In this document: positions 58,201 to 61,200 of the stretch, in pieces
Layout of the letters: every line of letters begins with the position of its first letter
Position numbering within the stretch: position 1 is the stretch's first letter
NCBI GenBank assembly: GCA_965203445.1
Contig: OZ241883.1
Coordinates: 544,001-608,000 of the forward strand
Length of the DNA stretch: 64,000 nt
Source: Candidatus Oxydemutator sp.
GTDB taxonomy: Bacteria > Pseudomonadota > Gammaproteobacteria > Poriferisulfidales > Oxydemutatoraceae
Direction: 5' to 3'
Notes under the pieces: generated by a model
Told to the model about the DNA's origin: nothing
The model's database searches: none
What the model saw: the letters and a program-made list of their open reading frames with translations, nothing else
Made by a program: the position numbers and the translations under genes

Positions 58201-61200
58201 CTCGTTGTCTCCCACCAGCGCACCTATAAACAAGCTATCACCACCCATTTCCACCCGCGCGTTGTGCAAGCCCACGTTGCGGATCACGCCGCCGGCGCCC
58301 ACCCTGCCGAACAAACCTATCTGCCACTCCCCGTCCCTGGCCACCCGCAAATTGCGGATGACGTGGCCGTTGCCTTCAAAAACGGCGGTGTAAGCATCCC
58401 CCGGCACGGCACGCGGAACCCCCCCGCCCAGCGGCGTCCAGCCTGGGCCCGGGGCCGGGTTCACACTGGACAGATCCAGGTCGGCCGACAACTCGTAGCC
58501 GGCGCACGTGCCCGGACAGGTCTGCTTCTCGTCGTAATGGGGAAACGCCGCCCGATAAGCCCGATAAGCGGCCTCGTTGGCACTGCTCACGCCCGCCAGC
58601 CCGGCACCGCCCAGGTCGTGGCGGATCATCGCCAACTGCGACGTCGTCGCCACCTCTATCAAGTTGTCGTCATCAAAGTCGTAGTCTATCTGGTCGCTCG
58701 TCTCGATCGTGGTCCTGACGGAAACCGGCACGCCCAAACTCACGTGGCGCGGCGCCCCGGTGAGCCTCGCGCCCGTCAACGTTACCACCAGCACCTCGGA
58801 CAACTCAGGCACGTCGTCATCGAACACTACCACCGAAAACGACGCGCTGACGGCGCCCGAGGCGATAACCACGCTGCCCGCGGTCGTGCCGACAAAGTCG
58901 TCGGCGCCGACGTCGTCGCCACCCACCGCCCAGCTCCAACTCGCGGTCACCCCCGCCGGCAAGACCAGCGGCAGACTCACCACGTAACTCGCGGTGCCGC
59001 CTTCCGACGTGGTCTCGCTGCCGACGAACGTCACCGCAAGAATTACCCGCGGCTGCGCCTGCTGCTGCGACGTGCGACGCATCGCCATAGTCTCGGTAGC
59101 GCCGCCGAACACCAGCACCGGGTAATCAAACACGCTGCCGAAGTCCCACGGCGCGTCGTCGTTGTAGTCGTCGTCGCCTCCCTGATCCACGCGATCCACG
59201 TTCAACTGGTCCCAACCCTCGTAGATGCCCGCGGCCGTGGTGGGGGCGTACAACTGGCTCGACCTCCTCGGGACGACGTTGTCCAGACCCCGCGCAAACG
59301 TTCCGCAGCAACTGCTCTGGCCGCTGCGCTCCTGGTCAAAATAACTCGACTGCACCAGGGCGCTGGCAGCCCCGCTCCCTATCAAACCGCCGATGCTGGA
59401 CACGCCCGGCGCCCCCGTCGTTTCCCCAACGGAGTAACTGGCGCTCACCACCGCCCCGAGACTGATTTCGCCTATCAGACCGCCCACCACGCTTTCCTCT
59501 GCATACACTTCCACGTCGGCGTAACCCGCCACCAGCCTGCCGTAATGAGCACCCGCCAAACCGCCCACCGCGGAGGCGCCGGATACGCGACCGCCACCGG
59601 CGTAACTCGCCGCCACTTCGCCCTGGTTGAATCCCACCAGCGCGCCTACAAAATAACCGCCGTGCACCCGTGCGTTACGCAAGCCCACGTTGCGGATGGT
59701 GCCGCCGGCACCCACGGCGCCGAACAAACCTATCTGATACCACCCGTCCCTAGCCACCCGCAAATTGCGAATGACGTGGCCGTTGCCTTCAAAAACGGCG
59801 GTGTAGGCATCCCCCGGGAAGGTTGCAGGCCCGACCCCTCCGCCTATCGGCGTCCAGCCCGGGCGCGGGGCCGGGTTCACGCCGGACAGATCCAGGTCGG
59901 CCGACAACTCGTAGCCGGCGCACGTGCCGGGACAGGTGCGCACCTCGTTGTACAGGGGAAACGCCGCCAGATACGCGGCCCTGTTCGCGTCGCCCACGAC
60001 GCCCGCCAGCCCGGCACCGCCCAGGTCGTGGCGGATCGCCGCCAACTGCGACGTCGTCGCCACCTCTATCAAGTTGTCGTCATCAAAGTCGTAGTCTATC
60101 TCGTCGCTCACCTCGATCGTGGTCCTGACCGAAAGCGGCACGCCCAGACTCACGCGGCGCGGCGCCCCGGTGATCCTCGCGCCCGTCAACGTTACCACCA
60201 GTACCTCGGAAAACTCGGGCACGTCGTCATCGAGCACCCCGACCGAAAACGACGCGCTGCTAGCGCCGGAGCCGATGACTACGGCGCCGGTCGTGTTGAC
60301 AAAGTCGGCGGCGTCGGCTTCGCCGCCACCCACCGTCCAATCCCAGCTCGCGGTCACCCCTCTCGGCAGGATCACCGGCAGACTCACCACGTAACTCGCG
60401 GTGCCGCCTTCCGGCACGGTAACGCTGCCGGTGAACGCCGGCACAAGAATTATCCGCGGCTGCGCTTCCTGCTGCGACGTGCGACGTATCGCCATAGTCT
60501 CGGTAGCGCCACCGAACACCAACACCGGGTAATCAAACACGCCGCCGAAATCCCACGGCGCGTCGTCGTTCAAATCGCCGTCGTCTCCCCGATCCACGTC
60601 GTCCACGTTCAACTTGTCCCAACCCGCATAGATGGTGCCCGTCGCCGTAGTGGGACCAATCAACTCGCCTGACGTCTTCGAGGTGTTGTCCGGACTCGGC
60701 ACGTTCGCTCCACAGCAACGGCTCCGGCCGCTGCTCTCGGCGTCAAAATAACTCGACTCCAGCGTGGCGCCGACCACCCTGTTCCCTATCAAGCCACCGA
60801 CCAGACCGGCCCCCGTCGTTGCCCCGATGGAGTAACTGGCGCTCACTACCGACGCGCCACCGCTTGCGCCCACCAGACCGCCCACGGTACCCAATCCATG
60901 CACTTCCACGTCGGCGTAACTCGCCACCACTCTGCCGAAATGAGACCCTATCAAGCCGCCCACCGAAAACGCGCCGGATACGCGACCGCCACTGACGTAA
61001 CTCGCCGCCACTTTGCCCCGGTTGGAACCCACCAGCGCGCCTATATAAGTACCATTATTACCCACGCTCACCCGCGCGTTGCGCAAACCCACGTTGCGGA
61101 TCACGCCGACGTCGCTGACGACGCCGAACAAACCCATGCTGTACCACGGGCGATCATTCCTGGTTATCGTCAGATCGCTGATAACGCGGCCGTTGCCCTC